Shown: positions 1-9,512 of the stretch, one piece after another
Position numbering within the stretch: position 1 is the first letter of the stretch
How the letters are laid out: every line of letters starts with the position of its first letter
Source: Alphaproteobacteria bacterium
GTDB taxonomy: Bacteria; Pseudomonadota; Alphaproteobacteria; SMXQ01
Length of the DNA: 64,000 nt
Direction: 5' to 3'
Assembly: GCA_004356985.1 (NCBI GenBank)
Contig: SMXQ01000078.1
Location: 593-64,592 of the forward strand
Made by a program: the position numbers and the translations under genes
Notes under the pieces: generated by a model
The model's input: the letters and a program-made list of their open reading frames with translations, nothing else
Database searches by the model: none
Told to the model about the DNA's origin: nothing

Positions 1-2105
1 TAGAACAGGTTCAGCTCGCGAATGCCGCGGAACACCGGGAACCATTGACCGAACAAGGTCTGTGGCCACAACACCCGCAGCACCATGTGGAACAGGCCGT
101 AGCAGAATAGCCACATCGGCCCGACCACCAAGAAGATGACGCGCCAGCTTTCCTTGCCCTCGAAACGCATGTACCCGACCAGGAAAAGCGCCAGTGCCGG
201 GATCAGCCCGATGACATGGGAAGCCCCGATATAGAACACACACCAGAAGAAATACCGGGCCGCCCGGGTGTAGATGACCCGGGACGAGAGATCCCCGTAA
301 TCGGCCTGGATATCGAAATGGATATCGTCGCCGGCAGCCGTCATCTGGCCGGCCACCGCTTGATCCCCTGGTTTCCTCTCGGCGGGTGCCATCAAGAGGT
401 TGGTCAGGATCACCAGGCCGGTCGCCACCACGCCGAACCATGCCACGGCCTGCGGCTCAAGCCGCGTCGCCAATTCCCATTCGGCGGAATAGATGGCGGC
501 ATAGAGAAAGATCCCGAAAATCAGAACCGTGAACCCGAGATCCGGATTGCGGAGGTAATCCCGTTGCACGGCAAATCGGCGCCCGCCCCGTGGCGCCTTA
601 CTCCTTTGCCGGTAGCCCGTGTAAAGGGGCCACATCACGCTGATCAGCGTGATGGAGAGGATAATGATGACCACCGGGCGGGACAGCCATTCGAATCCCC
701 AGCGGGAGATCGAGATGAAGAGATAATTCTCGATCAAACCGCCAAGGACGAAGCCGAGGATGATGGGCGGCCGGGGCCAGCGGAACCGCTTCATCACCCA
801 GCCCAAGAAGCCAAATATCATCAGTGTGTACAGATCGCCCCAGTCGCGGCTCCCCTGGAAGGCGCCGAGGAAGGTCATGGACAGAACCAGCGGCACCAAG
901 ATACCCACCCGGATCATGGCGATCCGTGCGAGTTGGCCGGCAAAGGCAAAACAGATGCCCGCACCGAGGATGTTGGCCAGCGCCACCGACCACACCATGG
1001 TGTAGGTCAGGTCGAGCTGTTCGGTGAGCATCTTCGGCCCCGGAACGATGCCATGAATCAGGAAGGCCCCCAGCAGCAGCGCCATGGATGCCGAACCCGG
1101 CACACCGAAGGCAATGGTGGGCACCAGGGCACCGCCCTCCTTGGCGTTGTTGGAGCTTTCCGAAGCAATGACGCCGCGCACATCGCCTTTGCCGAAACTT
1201 TTCGCGGCGCCCTTCTCGGTGCGCGCGGCATGGCCGTAAGCGACCCAATCGATCACCGAGGCGCCGAGCCCCGGGATCGAGCCCATGACCGATCCGATCA
1301 GCGCGCAACGGAGGACCAGGAACCAGTTCTCGAAGACGTCCTTCACCCCTTCAAGCTGGCCACGCGCGTTGATATTTTTGGTATCGCCGGCGATGGTCTT
1401 GCGCGTGATGGCCAGGTCCGCGAGTTCCGGGATGGCAAAGATTCCCAATGCGAAAGGCACCAGCGGCACACCGTCCCAGAGATACATGGAATCGAAGGTC
1501 CAGCGCAGGGTGCCGCCTTCCTGATCGTTGCCGGCGGTCGCCACCAGAAGGCCCAACGCCGCGGCAATCAGACCCTTGATCGGGGCGCTTCCGGACAGAA
1601 CCGCCACCAGCGACAGCCCGAAGATACAGATGGCGAGCATCTCCGGTTCGGAAAAGGACACCATGAAGGGGCGGAGAATGGGCAGGCTTACCCCCAGCAG
1701 CAATGCGCCAAATAACCCACCGATCACCGAAGACGTGAACGCGGCCCCGAAAGCCCGGCTCGCCTCGCCGCGCCGCGCCATGGGATAACCGTCAAGAATG
1801 GTCGCCGCCGAACCGACGGTGCCCGGCACGCCGAACAGGACCGCCGGAATGGTATCCGAGGTGACGGTGACCGAGCCAAGGCCCAGCATCATGGCGATGG
1901 CGGAATAGGGATCCAGCGCGTAGGTGAAGGGAAGAAGCAGCGAAAGGCCGACAATGCCGCCGAGACCCGGGATGACGCCGACAACCAACCCCATTAGGAC
2001 GCCGGCGAAGAGGAACCCGAGCCGCGTTGGGTCGGCCAAGATGACGGCGGCCTGGCCCGCCATGGCGAACATTTCGCTGAAACTGACCGTCGTCGTCAGA
2101 TCCAT
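1..2105 (-). CDS. tctA: TctA-family tripartite tricarboxylate transporter permease with a C-terminal hydrophobic extension. 3' end runs off the window start; >700 codons are open.
   Basis: Manual translation of the minus strand from ATG at 2105 gives MDLTTTVSFSEMFAMAGQAAVILADPTRLGFLFAGVLMGLVVGVIPGLGG..., a typical TctA/DUF112 N-terminus. The frame stays open to position 1. It is absent from the ORF track because the track lists only complete ORFs. The plus-strand ORF 216..1715 is its antisense artefact. Confidence 0.8.
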   Translation of the reverse strand, partial: MDLTTTVSFSEMFAMAGQAAVILADPTRLGFLFAGVLMGLVVGVIPGLGGIVGLSLLLPFTYALDPYSAIAMMLGLGSVTVTSDTIPAVLFGVPGTVGSAATILDGYPMARRGEASRAFGAAFTSSVIGGLFGALLLGVSLPILRPFMVSFSEPEMLAICIFGLSLVAVLSGSAPIKGLIAAALGLLVATAGNDQEGGTLRWTFDSMYLWDGVPLVPFALGIFAIPELADLAITRKTIAGDTKNINARGQLEGVKDVFENWFLVLRCALIGSVMGSIPGLGASVIDWVAYGHAARTEKGAAKSFGKGDVRGVIASESSNNAKEGGALVPTIAFGVPGSASMALLLGAFLIHGIVPGPKMLTEQLDLTYTMVWSVALANILGAGICFAFAGQLARIAMIRVGILVPLVLSMTFLGAFQGSRDWGDLYTLMIFGFLGWVMKRFRWPRPPIILGFVLGGLIENYLFISISRWGFEWLSRPVVIIILSITLISVMWPLYTGYRQRSKAPRGGRRFAVQRDYLRNPDLGFTVLIFGIFLYAAIYSAEWELATRLEPQAVAWFGVVATGLVILTNLLMAPAERKPGDQAVAGQMTAAGDDIHFDIQADYGDLSSRVIYTRAARYFFWCVFYIGASHVIGLIPALALFLVGYMRFEGKESWRVIFLVVGPMWLFCYGLFHMVLRVLWPQTLFGQWFPVFRGIRELNLF

Positions 2106-2144
2106 TTATTTCCCCCTTGGGCGCTAACCCGGCTGACTTGTCGC

Positions 2145-2171
2145 GTTTCTTTTAAGTCGGGTTTCTTTTAA
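2145..2171. promoter_or_regulatory. Direct repeat GTTTCTTTTAA twice (16 nt start-to-start) in the tctA upstream region; candidate response-regulator (TctD-like) site.
   Basis: Read directly at 2145-2155 and 2161-2171, 40-65 nt upstream of the tctA start codon (minus strand). Confidence 0.3.
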
Positions 2172-2229
2172 ATGGTGTTCCGCCTTGTCGCAAGATCACC
2201 GAACCGGGACCCAGGGCGCTGCCATCCAC

Positions 2230-3165
2230 TCAAGCCGGCGGCCCGGAGCCCGCCTTGCGCCCCCGCGCCGAGCGCGCGTGGCGCCCGGCGATGTAAAGGG
2301 TGGCGCCGATGACCACCGTGGAGCCGACCATGGTCCAGGCGTCGGGGAACAGGCCGAACAGGGTGATGTCGAAGGCGATGGCGTAGAGAATCCGGACATA
2401 GTCGAAGGGGGTGACGGCGGTGGCCTCGCCGACCCGGAAGGCCAGGGTGATGAAGCCCTGGGCGGCGACATAGAGGATTCCGGTCAGGGCCAGCCAGGCG
2501 AATTGCCCCGGGGTTGGGGTGGTCCACACGAAGGCCATGGGGACGGCGCCGACCAGGGTGGAAATCATCAGGTAATAGAAGACGATGGTCATGGGCTGAT
2601 CGATGGCCGTCGCTTTCTTGAGGAAGACATGGGCCGAGGAGTGACACAGGGTGGAGAACACCAGCACCAACAGCGGCACCGTGACCGCGTCCATCACCGG
2701 ACGGGCGACGATCAGCACGCCGGTGAAACCCACGGCGATGGCGGCCCAACGCCGCCAATGGGCGCGCTCTCCCAGAAACAGCACGGCCAGCACGATCAGC
2801 CACAGCGGCCGGGTATAGGTTATGGCGGTGATCACCGCCAGCGGCAGGAAGGCGAGCGCGTAATAGACGCAAATCTGGCCGACCCCGCCAAACAACCCGC
2901 GGCCCACATGAAGCCCCATGCATCGCGTCGCCACGATGGAGCGCCCGCCACGGAGGAACAGCGGCGCCAGGGCCACCAGCCCGAAGACACAGCGGAAGAA
3001 ATTGAGCTCGAACGGATGGATGTCGGCGGCCAGCCATTTGGCGATGGCCATGGCGCCGGAAAACCCGAGGCCCCCCAAGGCCATCCACAGGCCGCCGCGC
3101 AGATTGCCGGGCAGTGCCGCCCAGCGCGCGACCAGAGGCGCCAACAGGTTTGGGACGAAAGCCAA
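2230..3165 (-). CDS. DMT (EamA/RhaT) family transporter.
   Basis: 311-aa ORF with 10 predicted TM segments and EamA-like composition. An alternative start at the internal MALGGLGFSG is possible. Overlapping ORFs 2168..3088 and 2185..3282 are antisense or off-frame. Confidence 0.8.
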   Translation of the reverse strand: MAFVPNLLAPLVARWAALPGNLRGGLWMALGGLGFSGAMAIAKWLAADIHPFELNFFRCVFGLVALAPLFLRGGRSIVATRCMGLHVGRGLFGGVGQICVYYALAFLPLAVITAITYTRPLWLIVLAVLFLGERAHWRRWAAIAVGFTGVLIVARPVMDAVTVPLLVLVFSTLCHSSAHVFLKKATAIDQPMTIVFYYLMISTLVGAVPMAFVWTTPTPGQFAWLALTGILYVAAQGFITLAFRVGEATAVTPFDYVRILYAIAFDITLFGLFPDAWTMVGSTVVIGATLYIAGRHARSARGRKAGSGPPA

Positions 3166-3196
3166 TACCCTAACCGGCGCACGAACCCTTTTCGGG

Positions 3197-3883
3197 CTAC
3201 ATGGCCGCGATCAAGGCGGCGGCGGCGCGGTTGGATTCGCCATCGGCAAATTCGTCGTAATTGGCCCGGCCCTTGCCAGTGAAGCCGTGGCCGACCCCGG
3301 GATAGACGCGGATTTCCACCCCCGGCTTGGCGCCGAGGGCGGCCTTGGTCGCCTCGATCTCATCCATGGGAACCACCGGGTCCTGATCGCCAACATGGAT
3401 GGCCAGGGGACAGGCCAGATTATCGGCCTCGTCCAGGTGCCGGCCGATGGCGACGCCGTGGAAGGACACCGCGGCATCGACGCCGAGGCGGGTGGCCGCC
3501 AGATAGGCGAAACGGCCGCCGAAGCAATAGCCGAACACCGCCACCTTGCCGTTGCTCCGGGGCAGGGCCTTAACAAAGGCGACGATGTCGGCCAGGTCCT
3601 TGACCCCCTGCGCGACGTCGAAATTCTCCGACCGCTCGACCGCCTTGGCGCGGTCCTCGCCCTCGCGGCCCAGGGTGCCGGGAATGGTGCGCCAGAACAT
3701 GTCCGGCGTCACCACCACCGAGCCCTGGGCGGCATAGTCGTCCATCATCTCCCTGGTGCCGTCCTCGATGCCGAAGATCGGCGCCACCATGATGATGGCC
3801 TTGCCCGAGCCTTCGGCCGGGGTGGCGATTTCGGCCGGCATGGCGCCGCCGTCGGCGGTCGTTATGGTGATCGTTTCGGTCAT
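3197..3883 (-). CDS. Dienelactone hydrolase family protein.
   Basis: ORF 3197..3925 carries the DLH-family motifs ...VFGYCFGG..., ...HVGDQDPVV... and ...PGVGHGF. Likely start is ATG at 3883 (MTETITI...) preceded by an AGGAGAA RBS. Confidence 0.8.
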   Translation of the reverse strand: MTETITITTADGGAMPAEIATPAEGSGKAIIMVAPIFGIEDGTREMMDDYAAQGSVVVTPDMFWRTIPGTLGREGEDRAKAVERSENFDVAQGVKDLADIVAFVKALPRSNGKVAVFGYCFGGRFAYLAATRLGVDAAVSFHGVAIGRHLDEADNLACPLAIHVGDQDPVVPMDEIEATKAALGAKPGVEIRVYPGVGHGFTGKGRANYDEFADGESNRAAAALIAAM

Positions 3884-3955
3884 GGCGGTATCCTCGTTCT
3901 CCTGTGGACCGCTTGGGTATTTCACCCTTTGACCCGCCCTCGGCAGGCCGGCCGC

Positions 3956-4738
3956 TTAACGGCGCTGCACCATGCGCTTCTTGATCTCGCCGATGGCCTT
4001 GGCGGGATTGAGGCCCTTGGGACAGGCATTGGTGCAGTTCATGATGGTGTGACAGCGGTAAAGCCGGAATGGATCCTCCAGTGCGTCGAGCCGTTCGCCG
4101 GCACTCTCGTCGCGCGAATCATTGATCCAGCGGTAGGCCTGCAACAACGTGGCGGGGCCCAGGAACCGCTCGGAGTTCCACCAATAGCTGGGACACGAGG
4201 TGGTGCAACAGAAACACAGGACGCATTCCCACAACCCGTCGAGCTCCTTGCGCTCCTCGGGGCTTTGCAGGCGCTCGCTCTCCGGGCCGGGCTCCGGCGT
4301 CTCGGTCTTGAGCCAGGGCTCGATGGCGGCGTATTGGGCATAGGCGTCGTTGAGGTCGGGCACCAGGTCCTTCACCACCTTCAAATGGGGCAGGGGATAG
4401 ACCTTGGCATCGCCCTTGATCTCGGCGATGGGTTTGATGCAGGCCAGGGTATTGACGCCGTCCACGTTCATGGCGCACGACCCGCAAACGCCTTCGCGGC
4501 ATGAGCGGCGGAAGGTGACGGTGGAATCGACCTCGTTCTTGATCTTGATCAGGGCGTCCAAGACCATGGGCCCGCAATCGTCCAGGTCCAATTCGAAGGT
4601 ATCGAGACGCGGGTTGTCGTCCTTATCGGGGTCCCAACGATAGACCCGAAAGGATTTCACGTTTACGGCCCCCGCCGGGGCCTTGTGGGTCTTGCCCTGT
4701 TTCACCTTGGAATTTCGCGGAAGTGTGAATTCCACCAT
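3956..4738 (-). CDS. sdhB: Succinate dehydrogenase iron-sulfur subunit.
   Basis: Cys clusters [31 protein letters not shown] and [17 protein letters not shown]. Start taken at [16 protein letters not shown] (about 260 aa, the normal SdhB length). Confidence 0.93.
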   Translation of the reverse strand: MVEFTLPRNSKVKQGKTHKAPAGAVNVKSFRVYRWDPDKDDNPRLDTFELDLDDCGPMVLDALIKIKNEVDSTVTFRRSCREGVCGSCAMNVDGVNTLACIKPIAEIKGDAKVYPLPHLKVVKDLVPDLNDAYAQYAAIEPWLKTETPEPGPESERLQSPEERKELDGLWECVLCFCCTTSCPSYWWNSERFLGPATLLQAYRWINDSRDESAGERLDALEDPFRLYRCHTIMNCTNACPKGLNPAKAIGEIKKRMVQRR

Positions 4739-4748
4739 GCGGCTGATC

Positions 4749-6539
4749 CTAGTAAACCCGTTCCTTGGGCGGAAAGGTCTCGACGTCGTCGGTGAGCGTG
4801 TTGAGGTGCACCGGACGATAGGCGAGACGCGTGTCATGGGCGCCGTCCAGGTAAACCACCGTGTGCTTCATCCAGTTCTCGTCATCGCGGTCGGGATGGT
4901 CCTCGTGGGCATGGGCGCCGCGGCTTTCCTTGCGCGCCTCGGCGCAATGGAGCGTCGCCACCGCTTGGCTCATCAGGTTTTCCAGCTCCAACGCTTCCAC
5001 CAGGTCGGAATTCCAGATCATCGAGCGGTCTTTGATCCCCATGTCGGCGAGTTGCTCGGCGCAGGCATCGATCAGCCGCACGCCCTCGGCCAACACCTCG
5101 GAGGTGCGGAAGACGGCGCAGTTGCTTTGCATGATGCGCTGCATGTCGTCGCGGATGCGGGCCACCGGGGTCGCCCCCTTGGCGTTGCGGACCTGGTCGA
5201 GATGGGCGATCGCCTCATCGCCGGCGCCCGAGGGCGGGGTGATCGCCGGACCGCCCGGCTTCACCAATTCGGCGGCCCTGACCGCCGCCGCCCGCCCGAA
5301 GACGATGATATCGAGAAGCGAGTTGCAGCCCAGCCGGTTGGCCCCATGGACCGAAACGCAAGCCGCCTCGCCGATGGCCATGAGGCCGGGCACCACGCGG
5401 TCGGGGTCGTCGGCGGTGGGGTCGATGGCCTCGCCGTGATAATTGGTGGGGATGCCGCCCATGTTGTAATGCACGGTGGGCAGCACCGGGATGGGCTCCT
5501 TGGTGACATCGATGCCGGCGAAAATCTGCGCCGTCTCCGATATTCCCGGCAAGCGTTCGGCCAGGAGGTCCTGGTCGAGATGCTCGAGATGGAGGTGGAT
5601 ATAGTCCTTATTGGGCCCGAGCCCGCGGCCTTCGCGGATTTCCACCGTCATGGCCCGGCTGACCACGTCCCGCGAGGCGAGATCCTTGACCGTGGGCGCG
5701 TAACGCTCCATGAAGCGCTCGCCCTCGGAATTGGTGACATAACCCCCTTCGCCCCGCGCCCCTTCGGTGATGAGGCAGCCCGAGCCGTAAATGCCGGTGG
5801 GGTGGAACTGGACGAATTCCATGTCCTGGAGGGGCAGGCCGGCCCGCAGCACCATGGCGTTGCCGTCGCCGGTGCAGGTATGGGCCGAGGTGCAGGATAA
5901 ATAAGCCCGGCCGTAGCCCCCGGTGGCCAGCACCGTCATCGGCGCGATGAAGCGGTGGACGGTGCCGTCTTCCAGGTTCCAGGCCATGACGCCGATGGCC
6001 GCGCCGTCCTCGGCCCTGATCAGGTCGAGGGCGAAATATTCCACGAAGAACCGCGCCTTGTGCTTGAGCGCCTGTTGGTAAAGGGTGTGGAGAATGGCGT
6101 GGCCGGTGCGGTCGGCGGCGGCGCAGGCGCGATGGGCGAGTTTCTCGCCGTAATTGACGGTGTGGCCGCCGAACGGCCGCTGGTAGATCTTGCCTTCGTC
6201 GGTGCGCGAGAACGGCACCCCGAAATGTTCGAGCTCGGTGATCGCCGAGATGGCGTTGCGCACCATGAATTCGATGGCGTCCTGGTCGCCCAGCCAGTCC
6301 GAGCCCTTGACCGTGTCATACATGTGAAAACGCCAATCGTCGGGCTCCAGATTGCCGAACGACGCGCCGACGCCGCCCTGGGCGGCGACCGTATGACTGC
6401 GGGTCGGGAAGACCTTGGTGATGCACGCGGTATCCAGCCCCGCCGCCGTCATGCCCAGGGTCGCGCGCAGGCCGGCGCCGCCGGCGCCGACGACGATGAC
6501 GTCGAAATGATGGTCGATGACTTGATAGGCCGCGGTCAT
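4749..6539 (-). CDS. sdhA: Succinate dehydrogenase flavoprotein subunit.
   Basis: 596 aa. N-terminal FAD-binding motif [14 protein letters not shown] and overall SdhA/FrdA similarity. Confidence 0.95.
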   Translation of the reverse strand: MTAAYQVIDHHFDVIVVGAGGAGLRATLGMTAAGLDTACITKVFPTRSHTVAAQGGVGASFGNLEPDDWRFHMYDTVKGSDWLGDQDAIEFMVRNAISAITELEHFGVPFSRTDEGKIYQRPFGGHTVNYGEKLAHRACAAADRTGHAILHTLYQQALKHKARFFVEYFALDLIRAEDGAAIGVMAWNLEDGTVHRFIAPMTVLATGGYGRAYLSCTSAHTCTGDGNAMVLRAGLPLQDMEFVQFHPTGIYGSGCLITEGARGEGGYVTNSEGERFMERYAPTVKDLASRDVVSRAMTVEIREGRGLGPNKDYIHLHLEHLDQDLLAERLPGISETAQIFAGIDVTKEPIPVLPTVHYNMGGIPTNYHGEAIDPTADDPDRVVPGLMAIGEAACVSVHGANRLGCNSLLDIIVFGRAAAVRAAELVKPGGPAITPPSGAGDEAIAHLDQVRNAKGATPVARIRDDMQRIMQSNCAVFRTSEVLAEGVRLIDACAEQLADMGIKDRSMIWNSDLVEALELENLMSQAVATLHCAEARKESRGAHAHEDHPDRDDENWMKHTVVYLDGAHDTRLAYRPVHLNTLTDDVETFPPKERVY

Positions 6540-6541
6540 GA

Positions 6542-6934
6542 CTACGGCCCCAGGGCGATGCGCAGGACCGAGAGGATGGAGACCAAGGCGCAGAGCGCCG
6601 CGCCCCCCTTGACGGCGATGATGAGGGTGATTTTCGCGGCTTGGTTATGGACGTAGTCTTCGATCACCTCTGCCAGGCCCAACTGCAGATGATGGAAGCC
6701 GGCCGCCAGCAACGCGATCATCATCACCGGCGCGATCGGTCCGCGCAGCCAGGCCACCACCTCGCCATGGCCGGCGCCGGTCAGCGCCGCCAGGGAGGCG
6801 ACGAACCAGAAGACCAGGGGAACCAAGGCAAGCGCGGTCAGCCGCTGGGCCCACCAATGGGCGGCCCCTTCCCTGGCCGAACCGAGCCCGCCCAGACGGC
6901 GGAATCGGCTTCCGAAGGCCGTCGGGCCGTTCAT
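6542..6934 (-). CDS. sdhD: Succinate dehydrogenase hydrophobic membrane anchor subunit.
   Basis: About 130-aa 3-TM protein starting MNGPTAFGS. The ORF-track entry 6542..7201 is an upstream over-extension. Its start overlaps the sdhC stop in an ATGA at 6931-6934. Confidence 0.8.
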   Translation of the reverse strand: MNGPTAFGSRFRRLGGLGSAREGAAHWWAQRLTALALVPLVFWFVASLAALTGAGHGEVVAWLRGPIAPVMMIALLAAGFHHLQLGLAEVIEDYVHNQAAKITLIIAVKGGAALCALVSILSVLRIALGP

Positions 6935-7329
6935 GGGAGGCCGCCAAGACCGCCCGCGCCCACCACCCAGGCGGCGCCGGTCAGCGCCAAAGAAGCCAGC
7001 ACCACGCACCAGCCGGTCAGGCGCGCGACGGTCAGGTCGAACCCCATGCCGATGTCCCAGAACAAATGCCGGATGCCGTTGCAGAGGTGATAGAACAACG
7101 CCCAGGTGAACCCCACCAAGACCAGCCAGCCGAGCCACGACCCGGCGACCGCCCGGGCGCCGTTGAACCATTGGGGCCCCGCCGCGGCGGCGGCCAACCA
7201 ATAAACCAGAAGCAGCGCACCGAGCCCGAGGGCGACCCCCGTCATGCGGTGAAGGATGGAAAGAACGGAAGTGAACTGGGGCCGGTAAACTTGCAGATGG
7301 GGGGATAGCGGGCGGTCGTCTTGAGCCAT
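6931..7329 (-). CDS. sdhC: Succinate dehydrogenase cytochrome b556 subunit.
   Basis: 132 aa with the MAQDDRPLSPHLQVYRPQ...SILHRMTG SdhC signature. Confidence 0.9.
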   Translation of the reverse strand: MAQDDRPLSPHLQVYRPQFTSVLSILHRMTGVALGLGALLLVYWLAAAAAGPQWFNGARAVAGSWLGWLVLVGFTWALFYHLCNGIRHLFWDIGMGFDLTVARLTGWCVVLASLALTGAAWVVGAGGLGGLP

Positions 7330-7595
7330 GGAAGGGCCTCGGTCAGGGGCCGGGCCACCACATGTTACGCCACGCGCGCACCCGTTTCAGGGCCCCGGTT
7401 TAGACCCTGGCCCGCGGCAAGTCAACGACTGCAAACGCGCGCGCCCGGCGGGTCGGGGAGCCATCGGCGGGCCGCTTGCGGGGGCCCCGGCAAGCGGCGA
7501 AACCGGGCGCGGCGGGTCGGGTTTCCGCGACCGTGGCCGATCCAGGGTCGGCGCCATGGGCCCCGGTCCGGAATATGCCAGGGAATCAGAGCTTT

Positions 7596-7740
7596 ACACC
7601 GGAAGTTGTTACTTATTGTTTACCATCCTGTGGATAAAATTGTGAATAAACTGTGTGCACCTTGTGAGTAAATAACAATTTTATGCACAAGAAATGTCAT
7701 TATTACTTGAATTTTTACTTGCGATATTTGCCAGGCAGGG
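7596..7740. promoter_or_regulatory. AT-rich (about 28% GC) segment with a DnaA-box cluster, upstream of sdhC. DUE-like, DnaA-binding or sdh promoter region.
   Basis: TGTGGATAA at 7628-7636 is the perfect complement of TTATCCACA. TGTGAATAA at 7640-7648 and TTATGCACA at 7680-7688 are one-mismatch boxes. GC drops sharply against the 67% background. Confidence 0.5.
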
Positions 7741-8450
7741 TGATTATTCCCCCGGTACGTGGGAGTACCGGGTCCAAAACCGGGTCCAAGGTGAGGAGGC
7801 TCCTCCGGGTTTCTTCAATTGGTCCGGATTTGGGTTCCGGGGGCTGGACATTCAGGCCGGCTTCGGCCGGGCGGATGAAAGGCCAGGCATCGGGGGCGAC
7901 TCTTTCTACGGGAGGAGTTTCGCGAGAAAGCGGCCTTTACGGGCCGGTCGCACCCGGGCGGGGGGAATGGTTTGACCCGCCGAGCCGGTGTTTCCTGGTC
8001 CGCGTGTCTCCCCAAGGGCAGGCGGGCCGTTCCGGGGCTCCCGTAAGGGAGGCCCGGGTTCCAGGCGGGTCATTACGGGGGCAACTCTGCATTGATTCGT
8101 CCCTCTCCGCCGAAAGGGCAACTTTTCGTCGGGGCACTCCGGGAGGAGACTTTCGGGCCGGGGGCAACCTCGGGGAAGCGGGGAAACCCAAGCTTCCAAT
8201 GGGAACGGGAAAGACCGCCGCGGTAATATACTCTTCCCTTCGTTGGGCGCCGCAGCCCCCTCGGGGGCACTGACCGCCGCGGCGGGTGTCGCTTCTCTCC
8301 CTGGGGATGCGATGATTGCCTGGGGTGGTCGGCAGGATGCCTGTCGGTCTCATGTGCCGGGAGCAGCTCTCGCTCCCGGGGCGTCAGGTCCGTCCTTCGC
8401 GGGACAATTGTACAGGGTCCTTGGTCCTTGTGCGCCTGGCGCCCCTTGTC
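7740..8450. other. GC-rich non-coding segment of about 700 nt with dense hairpin potential; candidate structured RNA or long sdh leader.
   Basis: No ORF of credible composition on either strand. Perfect 8-bp hairpin CCCGGTAC-GTGGGA-GTACCGGG at 7750-7771. UUCG-tetraloop hairpin CCGGC-TTCG-GCCGG at about 7856-7869. Partial internal repeats (GGGAGGAG...TTTCG...GGGCC at about 7900 and about 8140). No match recalled to RNase P, tmRNA, SRP or 6S RNA. Confidence 0.3.
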
Positions 8451-8459
8451 TATCCAATA

Positions 8460-8468
8460 CTTATCCAC
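8460..8468. promoter_or_regulatory. Second perfect DnaA box TTATCCACA.
   Basis: Read directly, about 830 bp from the first box cluster, just 3' of the citE-like gene. Confidence 0.4.
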
Positions 8469-8615
8469 AAGGCAACTGAAATTTGCCGGCACCGGTGGTT
8501 CGCCGCTGGGGCGCTTGCGGGCCAAATTGAACCGATGTGGCCCGGAGATGCTCTTGGCACGCCGGGTCCCGGCGCCGGAGAAAGCGCGCCGGGCCAAGAC
8601 CGGCCGGACCGGCGT

Positions 8616-9512
8616 TCAGGCGGTTGGCTCGCCCTCCAGGGCGGCGATGGCAGCGGCGAAATCGACCACCCGTTGGGCCTCGGCGGCGTGCAGCGCCTCC
8701 ACCATGCGCCCGTCGAGGACGGCGACGTGTTGCCCCTTCCCCGCCGCCTCGGCGAAGGCCGCGATGATGGCCTTGGCCTCGCTGATCGCCGCCGCCGACG
8801 GCGCGAAGGCGGCATTGGCGGGAGCGATCTGGCGCGGGTGGATGACCTGCTTGCCGTCGAACCCGAGGCCGCGGCCCTGGGCGCAGGCGGCGGCGAAGCC
8901 CGCATCGTCGGTGAAAGCGGGATAGACCGCGTCGATGGCGCCGAGCCCATGGGCCCGGGCGGCAAGCAGGCTGCGTTCCAGGGCGTAGAGCAAATTGGTC
9001 CGCGCGCCGTCGATCTCGGCGTGCAATTCCTTGGCGAGATCCTCGAGCCCCATGGCGAACAGGACGAGGCGGGAATGGGCGGCGGCGATCTCGGGGGCGC
9101 AGAGGACCGCCCGGGCGGTTTCCACCATGGCCCAGAGCCGCGCGCCGGCGCCTTCGGCGTCGAGCAGGTCGCCGGCGGCGCGCACTTGGTCGGGGCCGGC
9201 GACCTTGGGCAACACCACCGCGTGGACACCCGACGCGGCGGCGGCGCGGAGGTCGGCCTCCGCCCAGGGGGTGCCCATGGCGTTCACCCGGACGACGATT
9301 TCGCGCCGCCCGAAGCCGCCCGCGGCGATGGCCGCCGAGACCTGGGCGCGGGCCGCCTCCTTGGCGTCGGGCGCGACGGAATCTTCCAGATCGAAGATCA
9401 GCACGTCGGCCGCCAGGGTCTTCGCTTTTTCATGGGCCCGCGCGTTGGTCCCGGGCATGTAGAGACAACTGCGCCGGGGCCGCGCCGCCCCCGTCTCGGT
9501 GAACTCCGCCAT
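8616..9512 (-). CDS. HpcH/HpaI aldolase / citrate lyase beta subunit (CitE)-like lyase; malyl-CoA or citryl-CoA lyase family.
   Basis: ORF 8616..9614. Probable start is MAEFTETGA... at 9512 after a GGAGGGAGCA RBS. CitE-like regions ...LYMPGTNARA...DLEDSVAP.... Confidence 0.8.
   Translation of the reverse strand: MAEFTETGAARPRRSCLYMPGTNARAHEKAKTLAADVLIFDLEDSVAPDAKEAARAQVSAAIAAGGFGRREIVVRVNAMGTPWAEADLRAAAASGVHAVVLPKVAGPDQVRAAGDLLDAEGAGARLWAMVETARAVLCAPEIAAAHSRLVLFAMGLEDLAKELHAEIDGARTNLLYALERSLLAARAHGLGAIDAVYPAFTDDAGFAAACAQGRGLGFDGKQVIHPRQIAPANAAFAPSAAAISEAKAIIAAFAEAAGKGQHVAVLDGRMVEALHAAEAQRVVDFAAAIAALEGEPTA

Noticed and set aside
216-1715. 499-aa plus-strand ORF and 236-aa minus ORF (598..1308).
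   Set aside because: The real gene is tctA on the minus strand in the third frame, as verified by manual translation. Both track ORFs are compositionally biased overlaps.
7683-8273. 196-aa plus ORF and several 60-174-aa minus ORFs inside the 7.3-8.6 kb region.
   Set aside because: Pro/Arg/Gly-rich, no start or RBS context, mutually overlapping. The region is treated as non-coding.
7740-8450. RNase P RNA, tmRNA, SRP RNA, 6S RNA, cobalamin riboswitch or group II intron.
   Set aside because: Conserved signature strings (GGAAAGTCCGG, GGTTCGAATCC-type T-loops, domain V) were looked for on both strands and not found.
7596-8470. Chromosomal oriC call for the DnaA-box region.
   Set aside because: Not asserted. 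Highly expressed r-protein genes at 20-23 kb would be head-on to forks from here, and no dnaA, hemE, parAB or gidA context is present. Kept only as an origin-like or DnaA-binding candidate.
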